Assembly: GCA_040005235.1 (NCBI GenBank)
Contig: JBDTZG010000006.1
Coordinates: 1 to 64,000 of the forward strand
Length of the DNA stretch: 64,000 nucleotides
Reading direction: 5' to 3'
From: Acidobacteriota bacterium
Lineage (GTDB): Bacteria; Acidobacteriota; Thermoanaerobaculia; Multivoradales; UBA5704
Below, piece by piece: positions 45,458 through 56,000 of the stretch. A model generated the notes under the pieces. The model had not been told where the DNA came from. It saw only the letters and a program-made list of their open reading frames with translations, and searched no databases. Position numbers and translations under genes: made by a program. Numbering within the stretch: the stretch's first letter is position 1; each line of letters begins with the position of its first letter.

Positions 45458-47378
45458 CGCTTTTGGCCGCCGTCGCGAACAGGTCGCGCGCAAAGTCGCA
45501 TTCCTCTCGGCTGGAAAGCTGCTTTTCGCGCACTGCGAACGTGCGGTGGATCGTCGCCTTCCGGCCCGGATCGTCGATCTGAATCGCGAGCGCGAACGCC
45601 CCTGCCGCGCTGTCGCTTTTGGCGGTGCGGGGCGCGGATTCGACATGCCACCCCTCTGGCCAGGCGATCTCGAAATCGACTTGCTCGGTATAGGGGAAAT
45701 CGAACAGGATCGGGGAGCGGCGCTGCGCCGTGGAGGCCGAGAACGGTTCCCTCTGCGGTCCGAGCGGCCGGCTCGTGGCGAGCGTCGCCTCATCGCCGAG
45801 GGCGTCGTCTTCCTTTTGGATCATCGTCCAGGTCATCGAGAGACTGCGATCTTCGACCGATTCCTTGGTGGCCACCTCGGTGAAGTCATACCCCTCGAAG
45901 TGCTCGGCGAGCCAGTCGTTCCAGGCCTCGGTGGTTTTCTCCGGCGTTTCGCGCCAACGGAGCTTGGACGTCGCCGAGAGCCCGGAGAGCTCCAGCTTGC
46001 CGGTTCCGGAAAGGCGGCCGCCTGCGCCGACTTGAAGCGTGACGGTCGCTTTTTCGACGTTCTGCTCGGCGGGGCTTTGGGCGAGCACCACCCCTTCCGG
46101 TTTCTTCGGGTCGGGCAGCAGGGCGGCCGTCCCTTCGTAGTCGGCGTCGAGGCGGCCGAAGCCGAGGCGGCGATCGGTCGGATCGAGGTAGACGCGCCCG
46201 CCATCCTTCGGTCCCAGCTCGACCGCCACCAGCACGCGATCGAACCAAGCGGGGTTGGCGACCTGGGCATCGATCAGGCCGCTGCTTCGCGAGCCCGCCC
46301 AGACCCGCTTGGCGTCGAGCTTCAGGGCGTCGAGCATGGTTTCGAGCAGCAGCGCTTTTTCCGCCGCCGTGCCGTGTCCGGCGCGCAGGATCGCGTCGGC
46401 CGAAGGCTCCGTCCCGGTGAGGAAGATGCCGGTATTGTCGTCATCGAGCGCGATCTCGTCGCGGACGAAGGTATAGATCGCCGCGGCCCGGTCGCGCGGG
46501 CCGGTTCCCGCCTTCTGGGCCAGGGCCTGCGCCTTCTTACCCGATTCGCCACCGCGGCGACGGGCCTTTTCCCAGGTCTCCTTCAAGAAATCAGAGGTCG
46601 CCGCCCAATTCTCCATCAGCCGCAGGTGGACGGTCCCCTCGTCGAACACGGTCGGTACCAGCATGATCTGGGTCGCGAGATCGGCGAACGGCAGGCCGTA
46701 TGGCTCGTCCAGGATCGGCGGCAGATTCTCGGCCCATGCGCGCAGCGTGCGTTTTCCGACGTCGCGCCCCTGTTCGGTCTTCACCCCAGCCCGGAACGGG
46801 TCGCGCATCCAGGTCTGAACTCCGAGCGAGCCGGGGATCAGATAGCGGATCTCGGCCGAGCGGACCGGAATGTCGGACGAGAAGTAAAACGGCTCCAGGT
46901 AAAAGATGTTGTCGAAGCGCAGCTCGTACTCGGCGTCGAGGATCGCGCCCACCTCGACGTTGGGGAAGGCGAGCGAGGTGACGAAGTACTTTCGGCTTTT
47001 GGAGAGCTTGCGCTTAAACTTGGCGTCCTTGGCTAGCTCGACCACTCGACCGTCGGGGAGCACGGTGCGTGCCGTGAGGCTGTAGAGCCGGACGAACGAG
47101 GAATGGAAGAGCTGGATCTCGCCCCGGTCTTTGCCCTGCTCGGTGAGGATCTTCACCCGCTCGCGCACGATCACGCGGGACGAAATGTCGCTGCTCGCCG
47201 GGTCCATCATGCGGAATTCGGCTTTCCGGAAAAGCACCACGGCGCGGGCGTTCGGCGAGCCGGCCACCTGGGTGAGGACTTTTTCTTCGGCCGAAATCGG
47301 CGGAAATTCAGCCCGCGCTGCGGGCGGCAGGAGCACCAGGAGGCTGAAGACGGGGACGAATAGGGCGATTCGAGACAT
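45426..47378 (-). CDS. DUF3857/transglutaminase-like protein (catalytic Cys absent)
   Basis: Signal peptide, RVKILT, FPNVEVGAIL; GHGTAAEKA and FDRVL replace GDCKD and FNH. Confidence 0.85.
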   Translation of the reverse strand: MSRIALFVPVFSLLVLLPPAARAEFPPISAEEKVLTQVAGSPNARAVVLFRKAEFRMMDPASSDISSRVIVRERVKILTEQGKDRGEIQLFHSSFVRLYSLTARTVLPDGRVVELAKDAKFKRKLSKSRKYFVTSLAFPNVEVGAILDAEYELRFDNIFYLEPFYFSSDIPVRSAEIRYLIPGSLGVQTWMRDPFRAGVKTEQGRDVGKRTLRAWAENLPPILDEPYGLPFADLATQIMLVPTVFDEGTVHLRLMENWAATSDFLKETWEKARRRGGESGKKAQALAQKAGTGPRDRAAAIYTFVRDEIALDDDNTGIFLTGTEPSADAILRAGHGTAAEKALLLETMLDALKLDAKRVWAGSRSSGLIDAQVANPAWFDRVLVAVELGPKDGGRVYLDPTDRRLGFGRLDADYEGTAALLPDPKKPEGVVLAQSPAEQNVEKATVTLQVGAGGRLSGTGKLELSGLSATSKLRWRETPEKTTEAWNDWLAEHFEGYDFTEVATKESVEDRSLSMTWTMIQKEDDALGDEATLATSRPLGPQREPFSASTAQRRSPILFDFPYTEQVDFEIAWPEGWHVESAPRTAKSDSAAGAFALAIQIDDPGRKATIHRTFAVREKQLSSREECDFARDLFATAAKSDAQALVLVRR

Positions 47379-47493
47379 CGATCCTCCGAAAATCGGATCA
47401 GGAACGTGCGCGCGTAAGGCTCATGCTAGCAGGCCTCCGCCAACCCCTTGGACACCGTCGCCACGGTTTCGTGGTGAATTGTGACGAAGTCGT

Positions 47494-47518
47494 CATCCAA
47501 AGCGTCGGGCGCCGCGTA
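47494..47518 (+). promoter_or_regulatory. Candidate autoregulatory ECF promoter
   Basis: CATCC-16-CGTA upstream of the ECF sigma gene. Confidence 0.55.
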
Positions 47519-47582
47519 GAGGGTTTGAACAGGCGGACCGAGGCCACCTTCGGAGCCTTTCGGGGGCCGCCGCAGGAACCGG

Positions 47583-48269
47583 GTGGAAGACCAGGAGGTT
47601 CAGGTGCCGCAAGCGCTGCAGGCCGGTCAATGGTTCGGACAGGGGCCGACGGCCGCCGGGAACGGCGGAGCGCTTCGCTCTGGCGTATATTCCGGGCAAA
47701 CGTTCGCCACTCGGGAGACCGTCCGCTTGAGCCTCCGTACCGCCGATGCCGACGATTCGGCACTGCTCGCCGCCATCGCGCGAGGCGAGATCAACGCCTT
47801 TCAGGTTTTCTACGATCGCTATGCCGCGCGCGTCACCTCCTACGTGCGGCAGCTGAGCCGCGACCGGGAATCGGTCGAGGACATGGTCCAAGACGTGTTC
47901 GTCGCAGTGTGGAGGAAGGCCGGGAGCTACAGCCCGGAGCGGGGCGACGCGGCGGGCTGGCTCTATACGATGACCCGCAACAAGCTGGTCGACCAGTGGC
48001 GTCGCGTCCGCGAAAAGGCGGTCGAGCTCGACGCCATGCACTCCTGGGAAATGCCGGCGATTGCGCCGCCCGAAGAAGATCTCTACCTGTCCGTCCGCCA
48101 GGCGCTGTTCCAGGTTGCCCCGGATCAGCGCGAGGCGATCGAAATGGCCTATTTCGGCGGCCTCACCTACGAGGAGACGGCGGTTCGTCTCGACCTTCCC
48201 GTGGGCACCTTGAAATCGAGAATTCGCGCCGGTCTGCGCTCTTTGCGCTCGGTGCTGGAAGCGGGGTAA
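47583..48269 (+). CDS. ECF sigma-70 factor (start uncertain)
   Basis: EDMVQDVF..VW, WLYTMTRN..VD, AYFGGLTYEE, PVGTLKSRIR. Confidence 0.93.
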   Translation: MEDQEVQVPQALQAGQWFGQGPTAAGNGGALRSGVYSGQTFATRETVRLSLRTADADDSALLAAIARGEINAFQVFYDRYAARVTSYVRQLSRDRESVEDMVQDVFVAVWRKAGSYSPERGDAAGWLYTMTRNKLVDQWRRVREKAVELDAMHSWEMPAIAPPEEDLYLSVRQALFQVAPDQREAIEMAYFGGLTYEETAVRLDLPVGTLKSRIRAGLRSLRSVLEAG

Positions 48270-48273
48270 ATTC

Positions 48274-48930
48274 GTGCATCCACCCGAAGACATCCTCCTT
48301 TCGTTCGTTTCGGGCGAGGCCGATCTCGCCCGGCGGGCGCTGATCGAAGGGCATCTCGACGGTTGCCCCGATTGCCGCGCGTCTATCCGGTCGCTCTCGG
48401 TGCCGGGGGCCCGGTTGTTGGCCGGGATGCCCGGCAAAGCAGCCGATTCGGCCGGCTCCTCCGGACTTTGGGATCGCCTGCGCGCCCGCGTGGCGGAGAT
48501 CGGACCGCCGCCGTCGTTCGAAACGTCCCCTTTAGCCCAATATCCAGTGCCGGCCGGGGCGTTGCGCGAGCTCGGCGACCGCAGCGGAGTCGAGCCGCAA
48601 TGGCGGTTCGCGGGCACTATAGGGGCCGCGTTCACCATCCTCTCCCGCGACGCCGGGACCGGGGCGATGCTACTTCTCGGCCGGATAAAGCCGGCGAAGT
48701 TCTTTCCCGAGCACCGCCACGCCGGGCTCGAAGAGATTCTGATCCTCCGCGGCGGCTTCGAAGACCAATACGGCGACTTTACGGCCGGCATGTACACGTC
48801 GTACGAGCCGGGCACCGTCCATCGCCCGTGGATCGACGAGCAGGAGCCCTGCTGGATGCTCAGCCGGCTGGAGAAACCGGTCGAGTTCCTCGGCTGGCGG
48901 GGCGTGGCGCAGCGGATGCTGGGCAACTAG
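48274..48930 (+). CDS. ChrR-like anti-sigma factor (zinc ZAS + cupin)
   Basis: HP, HLDGCPDC (HxxxCxxC), PEHRH..LE..L.L.G, HRP. Confidence 0.88.
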   Translation: MHPPEDILLSFVSGEADLARRALIEGHLDGCPDCRASIRSLSVPGARLLAGMPGKAADSAGSSGLWDRLRARVAEIGPPPSFETSPLAQYPVPAGALRELGDRSGVEPQWRFAGTIGAAFTILSRDAGTGAMLLLGRIKPAKFFPEHRHAGLEEILILRGGFEDQYGDFTAGMYTSYEPGTVHRPWIDEQEPCWMLSRLEKPVEFLGWRGVAQRMLGN

Positions 48931-49194
48931 GTCAAAATCTGGCAATAGTTGGACAAGACATCTAGGGTCACTGCTGCGAGCGGCAGGAAGATCGCGGCCG
49001 GAATCTTCGCAGCTAGGTGCCCGAGTCCCGATTGCAGTGCGACCCGGCGCGATTCGAGATCGTGGCGCGCGGCAAATCCGGGGTGGGCGGTGCTTACGAC
49101 GCCTGGCGGCGGCTCCCCGTGCGCCTCAGAGGCGAGAAGTTCGATCCGCGCCACGGGCGGAAAGAGGAGTGAGCAAGCGGGGGCATAGAATCCC

Positions 49195-49602
49195 TTGATC
49201 CCGCTGATGAATTGGATTGTGCTCGGCTTCCTGCCGATCGACCGCATGCGCCAAAGTCGCCATCCGGCCTATGGTGCCGCTTGCGGCCAGCTGCTGCTCG
49301 CCCGGCGCACCGCCTACGAAACCGCCGGAGGGCCGCGATCGCCCGCTTCGTCCATGACGCGCTCAAGCTGGCTCGCAGCTTCCGCGCCGGCAGGCCCCTG
49401 GTCGCTCGCCCTCTCCACTGTCGCCCTAACGGCCGGCTGGGCGGCGCGCTTCGCCGCAGCGATCCGGTTTCGCCAGCCGCTCCTCGGCGCGCTTCTCCAC
49501 CCGCTTGGGATCGCCCTCTTCCTCGCGATCCAATGGCACGCCCTCGCCCGCCACTACGTGGGGAAGCCGGCGGTCTGGAAGGGGCGGGCGCTCGCGGGGT
49601 AA
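49195..49602 (+). pseudogene. GT2 glycosyltransferase remnant (CrtQ-like)
   Basis: LGFLP...AACGQ....R.AY...GG, then a frameshift to HDALKLARSFR, an internal deletion, and terminal WKGR; no 5' half. Confidence 0.7.
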
Positions 49603-49612
49603 CCAACTGGTT

Positions 49613-50026
49613 TCAGACACTGCCACGCGGAACGACCCACTCAACGGGCTGACCCGTGACCCTAGCGATCTGATCAAAGTCGGCGTCGTAGTGAAGTACG
49701 GTGAGCCCTGCCGATTCCGCTGCAGCCGCGACGATCAAGTCTGGAATTGGCAGGCGGTGTCTTCCCGTTCGCGCTAGCTCGCCCTGTACCTCGATCGCCC
49801 TGTCGAAGATCTGCTCCGTGAGGAGTACGCTCTCGAAGGCCAGCTTACGGCGCAGCCGAATCCTCTCGTGTTCCTCATGGTTGCGGGCACTGAATAGAAC
49901 TTCGAGGTCGACGACCGCGCAGGTGGCGATCTCGCCTGACTCGATCAGCGGCGCGAGGCGCGCGCGAACCGTCGCCAAAGGCATCCGAGCAAGGGCACTC
50001 TTATCAGCGAGGAACCGAGCCCGCAT
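49613..50026 (-). CDS. vapC: VapC PIN toxin
   Basis: LADKSA, DLEVLFSAR, PDLIVAAAA, LHYDADFD; TGATG overlap with the antitoxin. Confidence 0.92.
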   Translation of the reverse strand: MRARFLADKSALARMPLATVRARLAPLIESGEIATCAVVDLEVLFSARNHEEHERIRLRRKLAFESVLLTEQIFDRAIEVQGELARTGRHRLPIPDLIVAAAAESAGLTVLHYDADFDQIARVTGQPVEWVVPRGSV

Positions 50027-50238
50027 CAGCGCCAAGCTTGCGCCATGATTTGCGGGTCCGCCAAATCCATCCCCTCCATGACCGAGAGGGCGCGAACCTC
50101 CTCACGCCGAGCTACCGCACGCAGGACCTCGCGGAACGCCACTTCGATGGTTTCGCGGACGGTCTTTGTCGATAAAGCATCTCGCGTGGCTGCGAGCAAC
50201 TCCTCGTCAATCTCAACGCTCGTCTTTCGGACGGCCAT
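50026..50238 (-). CDS. vapB: VapB antitoxin
   Basis: KTSVEIDEELL...T.TVRETI..A, upstream of vapC. Confidence 0.88.
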   Translation of the reverse strand: MAVRKTSVEIDEELLAATRDALSTKTVRETIEVAFREVLRAVARREEVRALSVMEGMDLADPQIMAQAWR

Positions 50239-50321
50239 ATCTTCTGCCTCGTCGCAAATATATCAAAGATTCGGCTCCGAGGATATCATTTATGGTGCGC
50301 CGGATATATCGCTTCGTCTAC

Positions 50322-51158
50322 CTACAGCCAGCGGATCGCACCGCCCTGAATCGCCTTGGTCTTCGGGTCCTGAACGAAAGCCGCGACGCCGAGTTTCCTT
50401 CCGGCCGTCGCCTCTCCGACCTGTAGATCGACCGAACCGGTGCCATGACCACCCGGGGCGGCGCCGAGGGCGAAGGCCCGCAGTAGCCTACGGACGACGG
50501 CGTCGTTTTTGAGCGTCCGGCCGCCGTTTTCACCTCGGCCGACTTTCGTCACCAGGCCGTTTTCGACCAATGCTACGAGCACGTCCGCGTCGCGCGGCAG
50601 CGCTCCGGCGTGGGAGGCGGTGACCTTCGCGCGCAGGCCGGCGGGGGTTTTCTCAACCGTAAGGTCCAGATCGACCGCCGGTTTTTCCGCCAGCGCCTTG
50701 GCGATCGCCGCGCGCACTTTTCGCTCTTCCGAGCCGGTCATCTCCTCAGTGCCGTTCACCACCAGCTGCGGCGTATAGATCCGGTTCGTGTTGTACGCCT
50801 GGGCGTATTGCTTCTGGCGCGCCGACCAGTCGGCCGAGGAGAAGGGATCGGTCCAGCCGATGTAATCCCAATAGTCGACGTGGTACGCGAGCGGCACCAC
50901 CTTGCCCGCGAAGGCCGGTTCGGCGGCGATTTCCGACAGCAGCCGGTCGGCCGGCGGGCAGCTCGAACACCCCTGCGAGGTGAACAGCTCTACCACCGCG
51001 ATGCTCCCCGCCGGAGGAGGAGCCGCAGCAAGCGCCGGAGTCGAGGATTGAGATGGCGAGTGGAGCATCAGAAAGGCGGCGAGCGCCAAGGCGCCGAGTG
51101 CCAGCGCCGGAATCAGCCGTGCGGAGTGGGAAGTGGAGGAAGTTGGAGTATCGAGCAT
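50322..51158 (-). CDS. DUF1223 thioredoxin-like exported protein
   Basis: VELFTSQGCSSCPPAD, HVDYWDYIGW.D, YTPQ, GEN.G. Confidence 0.92.
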   Translation of the reverse strand: MLDTPTSSTSHSARLIPALALGALALAAFLMLHSPSQSSTPALAAAPPPAGSIAVVELFTSQGCSSCPPADRLLSEIAAEPAFAGKVVPLAYHVDYWDYIGWTDPFSSADWSARQKQYAQAYNTNRIYTPQLVVNGTEEMTGSEERKVRAAIAKALAEKPAVDLDLTVEKTPAGLRAKVTASHAGALPRDADVLVALVENGLVTKVGRGENGGRTLKNDAVVRRLLRAFALGAAPGGHGTGSVDLQVGEATAGRKLGVAAFVQDPKTKAIQGGAIRWL

Positions 51159-51360
51159 GGTGAGACCTCCTGGGCCCGGCGACACATCGTCGCTCTGGGT
51201 GCTTGTCGTTGATCCGATCGCCTGGGGAGATTTGGATTCATGCGCGCTCCAAGCGATAGTGCCGGATTTCGAGGCTGGTAGTGCGCATACCGGACCTCCG
51301 GGGGAAAAGGCTAACACGCGCCCCGATCGTGTGCAGCGAACGCACCGGATCGTTGCGTCC

Positions 51361-52953
51361 TTACGGACTCCCGACCAGAAACCGCGCGAGCCGCTCCCAG
51401 CGTTCGGGCCGGGGACGAAGCCGAGCCGGGATTTTCCGGGGCGTTGCGGGCTGGGAGCGGTCGGAGAGTGGAACCGCGCTCACTTCTAGAGGGAAGGCGC
51501 GCCGCCGCTCGCCCGGGCCGAGCAGCCAGATCTTGACCTGGGTCGGCGGGTCATCGGCCAGGAGTACCGTGGAGCGGACAGCTTGGATCACCTCCGAGCC
51601 GCGCCCCCGGCCGCGGCGGACCAGGATCGCGCAGCGGTTCGCGGGCCAGCTCGCGCCGAGCCGGGCGACCGAGCCGTCGAGCGGGATCAACGAGGGTGCC
51701 GGCCGGGAGGCCGTTGCCTGAGGAAGGTAGTGAGCGAGGCAGATCTCGGTCGAGGCGTTCAACGCGAGAACCGGCTCGCCCGGTCGAGCCGAAGCGGCGA
51801 TCACCCGCGCGGCCCAGAGCCAATCGGAGCGGTGTGCGTAGTCCCAGACGATGCCGATCGCCGCGGCGATCCCGAACGCCCCGACCAGGGCGAGCTGCAG
51901 CTCCACGCGAAGTGCCGGCCGGATCGCCAGCGCCTGAAGCCGCCGGCAGCTTTCGGCGAGACCGAGGCCGAGCAGGACGGCGAGAAACAGCCAGCCGATC
52001 AGCATGTAGCGCGCCTCGCTCCAGTGTCCGGAGAGCTGGAGCACGACCTCGACCCCCATGGTTCCCGCAATCGCCCCCGCGATCACCGCCCGGCCCTCTC
52101 CACTCCGAGCGGCGCGCCAAACGCCGAGACCCACGAGAGCCAGCGCCAGCAGCCCGGTCCAGCCGAGAGCGTGAGAGTCCGTCCCGAACGTCAGCTCATG
52201 CCAGCGTTCGATCAGAGGGCCGAGATGCCAGCGGGTTGGGGGGCGCTGCATTCTTTGGTGTCGCGCGGCGAGCATGACGGAGAGCCAGGGGGCATAGGCG
52301 AGTCCCCAGCCGAGCAGGAAGAGGGGGACCGCCATCAGCAGACGGCGGGTTCTTCGGCGCGTTTCTTCTTCCTCGTCAAAAGCCCGTTCGATCGCGAGCC
52401 AGGCGATCGGCGCGAGAATCGCGACCGAGAGGTAATGGGTGTAGAGAGTCGCGAGCACGGCGAAGAAGAAGCCGACCCCGCGGCGGCCATCCGGAGAATC
52501 GAGCAGCCGGTCCGCCGTTGAGAGCGAGAGAGCCGCGCAGAACAGGGCGAGCGAGTAGGGGCGCAGCTCTTGGGAGTAATGGACGTGAAATGGTGCGAGC
52601 GCCATCGCCGACCCCACCAGCAGACCTTCGAGCCGGCCGAACCGGCGGGCGACCCAGCGCGCGACGATCAGGACCGTGCCGATGCCGAACGCGATCGGAA
52701 TCATCCGCCGCGCCGACTCGCCGAGCCCCAGGCAAAGGCCGAGCCAGGAGAACACCCCTTCAAGCGGCGGATGGACCGCGTCGGCCCGCAAGGCTCCGAG
52801 CATCTCTCCGAAACCGCCGCTCGCCTGGTTCGTCTCGATGATCTCGTCGAGCCAGAGCGAAAAGCTGCCGAGGTTCGCCACGCGGGGCAGAAGCGCCAGC
52901 AGGGCGAGGCACACCAACAGCCCTCCGGAAAGACCTCGATTTAGAACGCGCAT
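51361..52953 (-). CDS. GT-C fold (GT39/PMT_2-like) membrane glycosyltransferase
   Basis: SLWLDE, HPPL, YSQELRPYSL, LYTHY, many TMs. Confidence 0.85.
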   Translation of the reverse strand: MRVLNRGLSGGLLVCLALLALLPRVANLGSFSLWLDEIIETNQASGGFGEMLGALRADAVHPPLEGVFSWLGLCLGLGESARRMIPIAFGIGTVLIVARWVARRFGRLEGLLVGSAMALAPFHVHYSQELRPYSLALFCAALSLSTADRLLDSPDGRRGVGFFFAVLATLYTHYLSVAILAPIAWLAIERAFDEEEETRRRTRRLLMAVPLFLLGWGLAYAPWLSVMLAARHQRMQRPPTRWHLGPLIERWHELTFGTDSHALGWTGLLALALVGLGVWRAARSGEGRAVIAGAIAGTMGVEVVLQLSGHWSEARYMLIGWLFLAVLLGLGLAESCRRLQALAIRPALRVELQLALVGAFGIAAAIGIVWDYAHRSDWLWAARVIAASARPGEPVLALNASTEICLAHYLPQATASRPAPSLIPLDGSVARLGASWPANRCAILVRRGRGRGSEVIQAVRSTVLLADDPPTQVKIWLLGPGERRRAFPLEVSAVPLSDRSQPATPRKIPARLRPRPERWERLARFLVGSP

Positions 52954-53080
52954 GCCCGTTTATCGGATGCGGACCCGTACAGTGTTTAGCCCCCGGGGAC
53001 CAATCTCGGCCGGAACGGTGCCAAACGCTTGCGGGCTGCCGGGAAAGATCGGCGTCCTCTCGTGCCACAATTGCTTCGCC

Positions 53081-55675
53081 GTGACCGAACCGACACCGAT
53101 ATCCGCAGCTCGTCCCAACCTCGCCGCGCGCGTGCCGCAAGCGGGCACCAGCGACCCGGACGAAATCCTCAGCCGCTTCATCGATTGGGCGACCGACATG
53201 GGCTACGAGCTCTACCCGGCCCAGGAAGAGGCGCTGCTGGAGCTGATGGCGGGCAAGCACGTCATCCTCAATACGCCCACCGGCTCGGGCAAATCGCTGG
53301 TCGCCCTCGGCCTACATTTCAAGGCGATGTGCGAGGGGCAGGTCTCGTACTACACCAGCCCGATCAAGGCGCTCGCCTCCGAGAAGTTCTTCTCGCTGTG
53401 CAACGACTTCGGGCCGGAAAACGTCGGCATGCTGACCGGCGACGCGAGCATCAATCCGACCGCCCGGGTGCTCTGCTGCACGGCGGAGGTGCTCTCGAAC
53501 ATGGCGCTTCGCCAGGGCGAAACGCTCGACGCGCCGTACGTGGTGATGGACGAATTCCATTACTACTCGGACGCCGAGCGCGGCATCGCCTGGCAGGTCC
53601 CTCTGCTGGTGCTCCCGTATACCCGATTCCTGCTCATGTCGGCCACTCTGGGCGACGTCTCGGCGATCGCCGAGCAGATCAAGAAGCGCACCGGCGGCGA
53701 GGTCGCCCACGTGATCTCGGAGCACCGGCCGGTGCCGCTCGATTTCGAGTATCGCGAGACGCCGCTTCACGAGACGATCGAAGTACTGCTCGAACAGGGC
53801 CGCTCGCCGATCTACATCGTCAACTTCACCCAGCGCGAATGCGCGGAGCTGGCGCAGTCGCTCACCAGCATGAAGACCTCCACCCGCGAGGAGCGCGAGA
53901 AGATCCGCGACTCAATCGCCGGTGCCCGGCTCGACACGCCGTACGGCAAGGAGTTCCGCCGTTTTCTCTCGTTCGGCATCGGCGTCCACCACGCGGGGCT
54001 CCTGCCGAAATATCGCCTCTTGGTGGAGCAGCTCGCGCAACAGGGGCTGCTGCGCGTGATCTCGGGAACCGACACGCTGGGCGTCGGCGTGAACATCCCG
54101 ATCCGCACCGTGCTGTTTACCAAGCTCGCGAAGTTCGACGGCAAGAAGGTGGCGACCCTTTCGGTGCGCGACTTTAAGCAGATCGCCGGCCGCGCCGGAC
54201 GAAAAGGTTTCGACACCCGGGGGAGCGTCGTCGCCCAAGCGCCGGAGCACATTATCGAGCAGCGGATGCGGGAGCGAAAATCGAGCGGCGGCGGCAAGAA
54301 ATCGAAGGCGCCGCTGCGAGGCCCCGCCAAGGGCGAGGTCTCTTGGAGCGAAGAGACGTTCCAGCGGTTGATCCAAAAGCCGCCCGAGACGCTTCGCTCC
54401 CGGTTCCGCATCACCCACGGCATGGTGCTCAACCTGCTCCAGCGCGACGCTGAGATCAACGATCCGAACCGCCCGAACTTCTCCTCGCTCCGCGAGCTGA
54501 TCGAACGCTCGCACGAGGACGAGGCGAGCAAAGCGAAATGGTTGCAGTTCTCGGGCGTAATCGTCCGCTCCCTCTTTAGGGCGGACGTGCTGCGCGTCAC
54601 CAAAGACACCAAGCGCAACTATTACTGGGTGGTGATCGCGGAAGATCTGCAGTGGGATTTTTCGCTCCATCACGTCTTATCGCTGTTCCTGATCGAAACG
54701 CTCGGCCAGCTCGATCCCGAGTCCGAAACCTACGCGCCCGATCTGATCACCTTGGTCGAATCGATCCTGGAAAATCCGGAGGCGGTCCTGCGCCGCCAGG
54801 TCGATAAGCTCAAGACGGTGTTGATCACCCAGCTCAAGGCGCAAGGGGTCGACTACGACGAACGGATGGAGCGGCTGGAAGAGGTCACCCATCCGCAACC
54901 CATGGCGGATTTCCTTCAGCACCACTTCCTCCGCTTCCGCCGCGACCACCCCTGGGTCGGCAATCGCGACATCGCACCGAAATCGATCGGCCGGGAGATG
55001 CTTGAAGGGTTCTTCGGCTTCTCCGACTACGTCCGCCAGTACGGCCTTCAGCGGAGCGAGGGGGTCCTCCTGCGCTACATCTCGCAGCTCTACAAGACGC
55101 TGGAGCAAAGCGTGCCCGAGCTGGCCAAGAGCCCCGAGGTCTACGACGGCATCGGCTTCTTCCGCGCGCTCCTCCAGCATACGGATACGAGCCTGATCGA
55201 AGAATGGGAAAGCCGCCTTCACCCCGAGCTGCTGCTCGAAAAGCCGGAGGAAAGCGAAAGGGACCGCCGCGAGTTGCGGGTCAAAGAGCTGCTCGGCAAC
55301 CCGATGGCCTTCGGAGCCCGGGTCCGCGCGGAGCTACACCTCCTGCTCCGCGCGCTCGCCAATCGCGACTGGGAAGAGGCGGCGGCCTCGATCCTCCCCG
55401 CCCCCGACGATCCGGAAGGCCCCTGGACCCCGGAGCGCTTCGAAGCCGCCCTCGCCCCGTTCCTCGCCGAGTACGGAGATCTCACCTTCGGCCCCGAGGC
55501 CCGCCGCCACCAATGGACGACGATCAAAAAGACCGGCAACCGCACCTGGGAAGTCGCCCAGACCCTCCTCGACCCCCAAGGCGACAACCTCTGGGCGGCG
55601 CGCGGCACCATCGATCTCACCGACCCGAGTGTCCTCGAAGGTCCGCTCGTGCACTTGGAGCGGATCGGGCCGTAG
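53081..55675 (+). CDS. Ski2-like DEAD/DEAH helicase with DUF3516
   Basis: TPTGSGKS, PIKAL, DEFH, MSAT, HHAGLLP, TLGVGVN, QIAGRAGR, SEGVLLRY. Confidence 0.93.
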   Translation: MTEPTPISAARPNLAARVPQAGTSDPDEILSRFIDWATDMGYELYPAQEEALLELMAGKHVILNTPTGSGKSLVALGLHFKAMCEGQVSYYTSPIKALASEKFFSLCNDFGPENVGMLTGDASINPTARVLCCTAEVLSNMALRQGETLDAPYVVMDEFHYYSDAERGIAWQVPLLVLPYTRFLLMSATLGDVSAIAEQIKKRTGGEVAHVISEHRPVPLDFEYRETPLHETIEVLLEQGRSPIYIVNFTQRECAELAQSLTSMKTSTREEREKIRDSIAGARLDTPYGKEFRRFLSFGIGVHHAGLLPKYRLLVEQLAQQGLLRVISGTDTLGVGVNIPIRTVLFTKLAKFDGKKVATLSVRDFKQIAGRAGRKGFDTRGSVVAQAPEHIIEQRMRERKSSGGGKKSKAPLRGPAKGEVSWSEETFQRLIQKPPETLRSRFRITHGMVLNLLQRDAEINDPNRPNFSSLRELIERSHEDEASKAKWLQFSGVIVRSLFRADVLRVTKDTKRNYYWVVIAEDLQWDFSLHHVLSLFLIETLGQLDPESETYAPDLITLVESILENPEAVLRRQVDKLKTVLITQLKAQGVDYDERMERLEEVTHPQPMADFLQHHFLRFRRDHPWVGNRDIAPKSIGREMLEGFFGFSDYVRQYGLQRSEGVLLRYISQLYKTLEQSVPELAKSPEVYDGIGFFRALLQHTDTSLIEEWESRLHPELLLEKPEESERDRRELRVKELLGNPMAFGARVRAELHLLLRALANRDWEEAAASILPAPDDPEGPWTPERFEAALAPFLAEYGDLTFGPEARRHQWTTIKKTGNRTWEVAQTLLDPQGDNLWAARGTIDLTDPSVLEGPLVHLERIGP

Positions 55676-55769
55676 GGGGCCAGAGCGGGATGCAGGTGGT
55701 TGAAAATTGACCTCCCGCTGTCGCAAGGCGAGATTCAGGGTCAGCGGGACGGGTTCCTCGACTTCCTGT

Positions 55770-56000
55770 TCGCTCAAGCGCTACTTCACGCTGCGTGAAG
55801 CGTTGTTCCTCGTGCAGTTGATGCCCGCTTTGGAGCAACAATCTGTCCAAGCGGCTGGTGAAGAGCCCGAAGTTATATTTGAACGACACGGGGCTCCTCA
55901 CCCATCTGCTCGGCGTAACCGACGGAAGGCTCCACGAAGAGCCGCGCCTCCTTGGCCCCATCCTGGAGAATTTCGTCGCCCTGGAGCTGTGCAAGCAGGT
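55770..56000 (+). pseudogene. DUF4143 (AAA ATPase C-terminal) fragment
   Basis: LKRYFTL.EALFLVQLMPA(+1 frameshift)WSNNLSKRLVKSPKLYLNDTGL...ILENFVALELCKQ. Confidence 0.8.
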
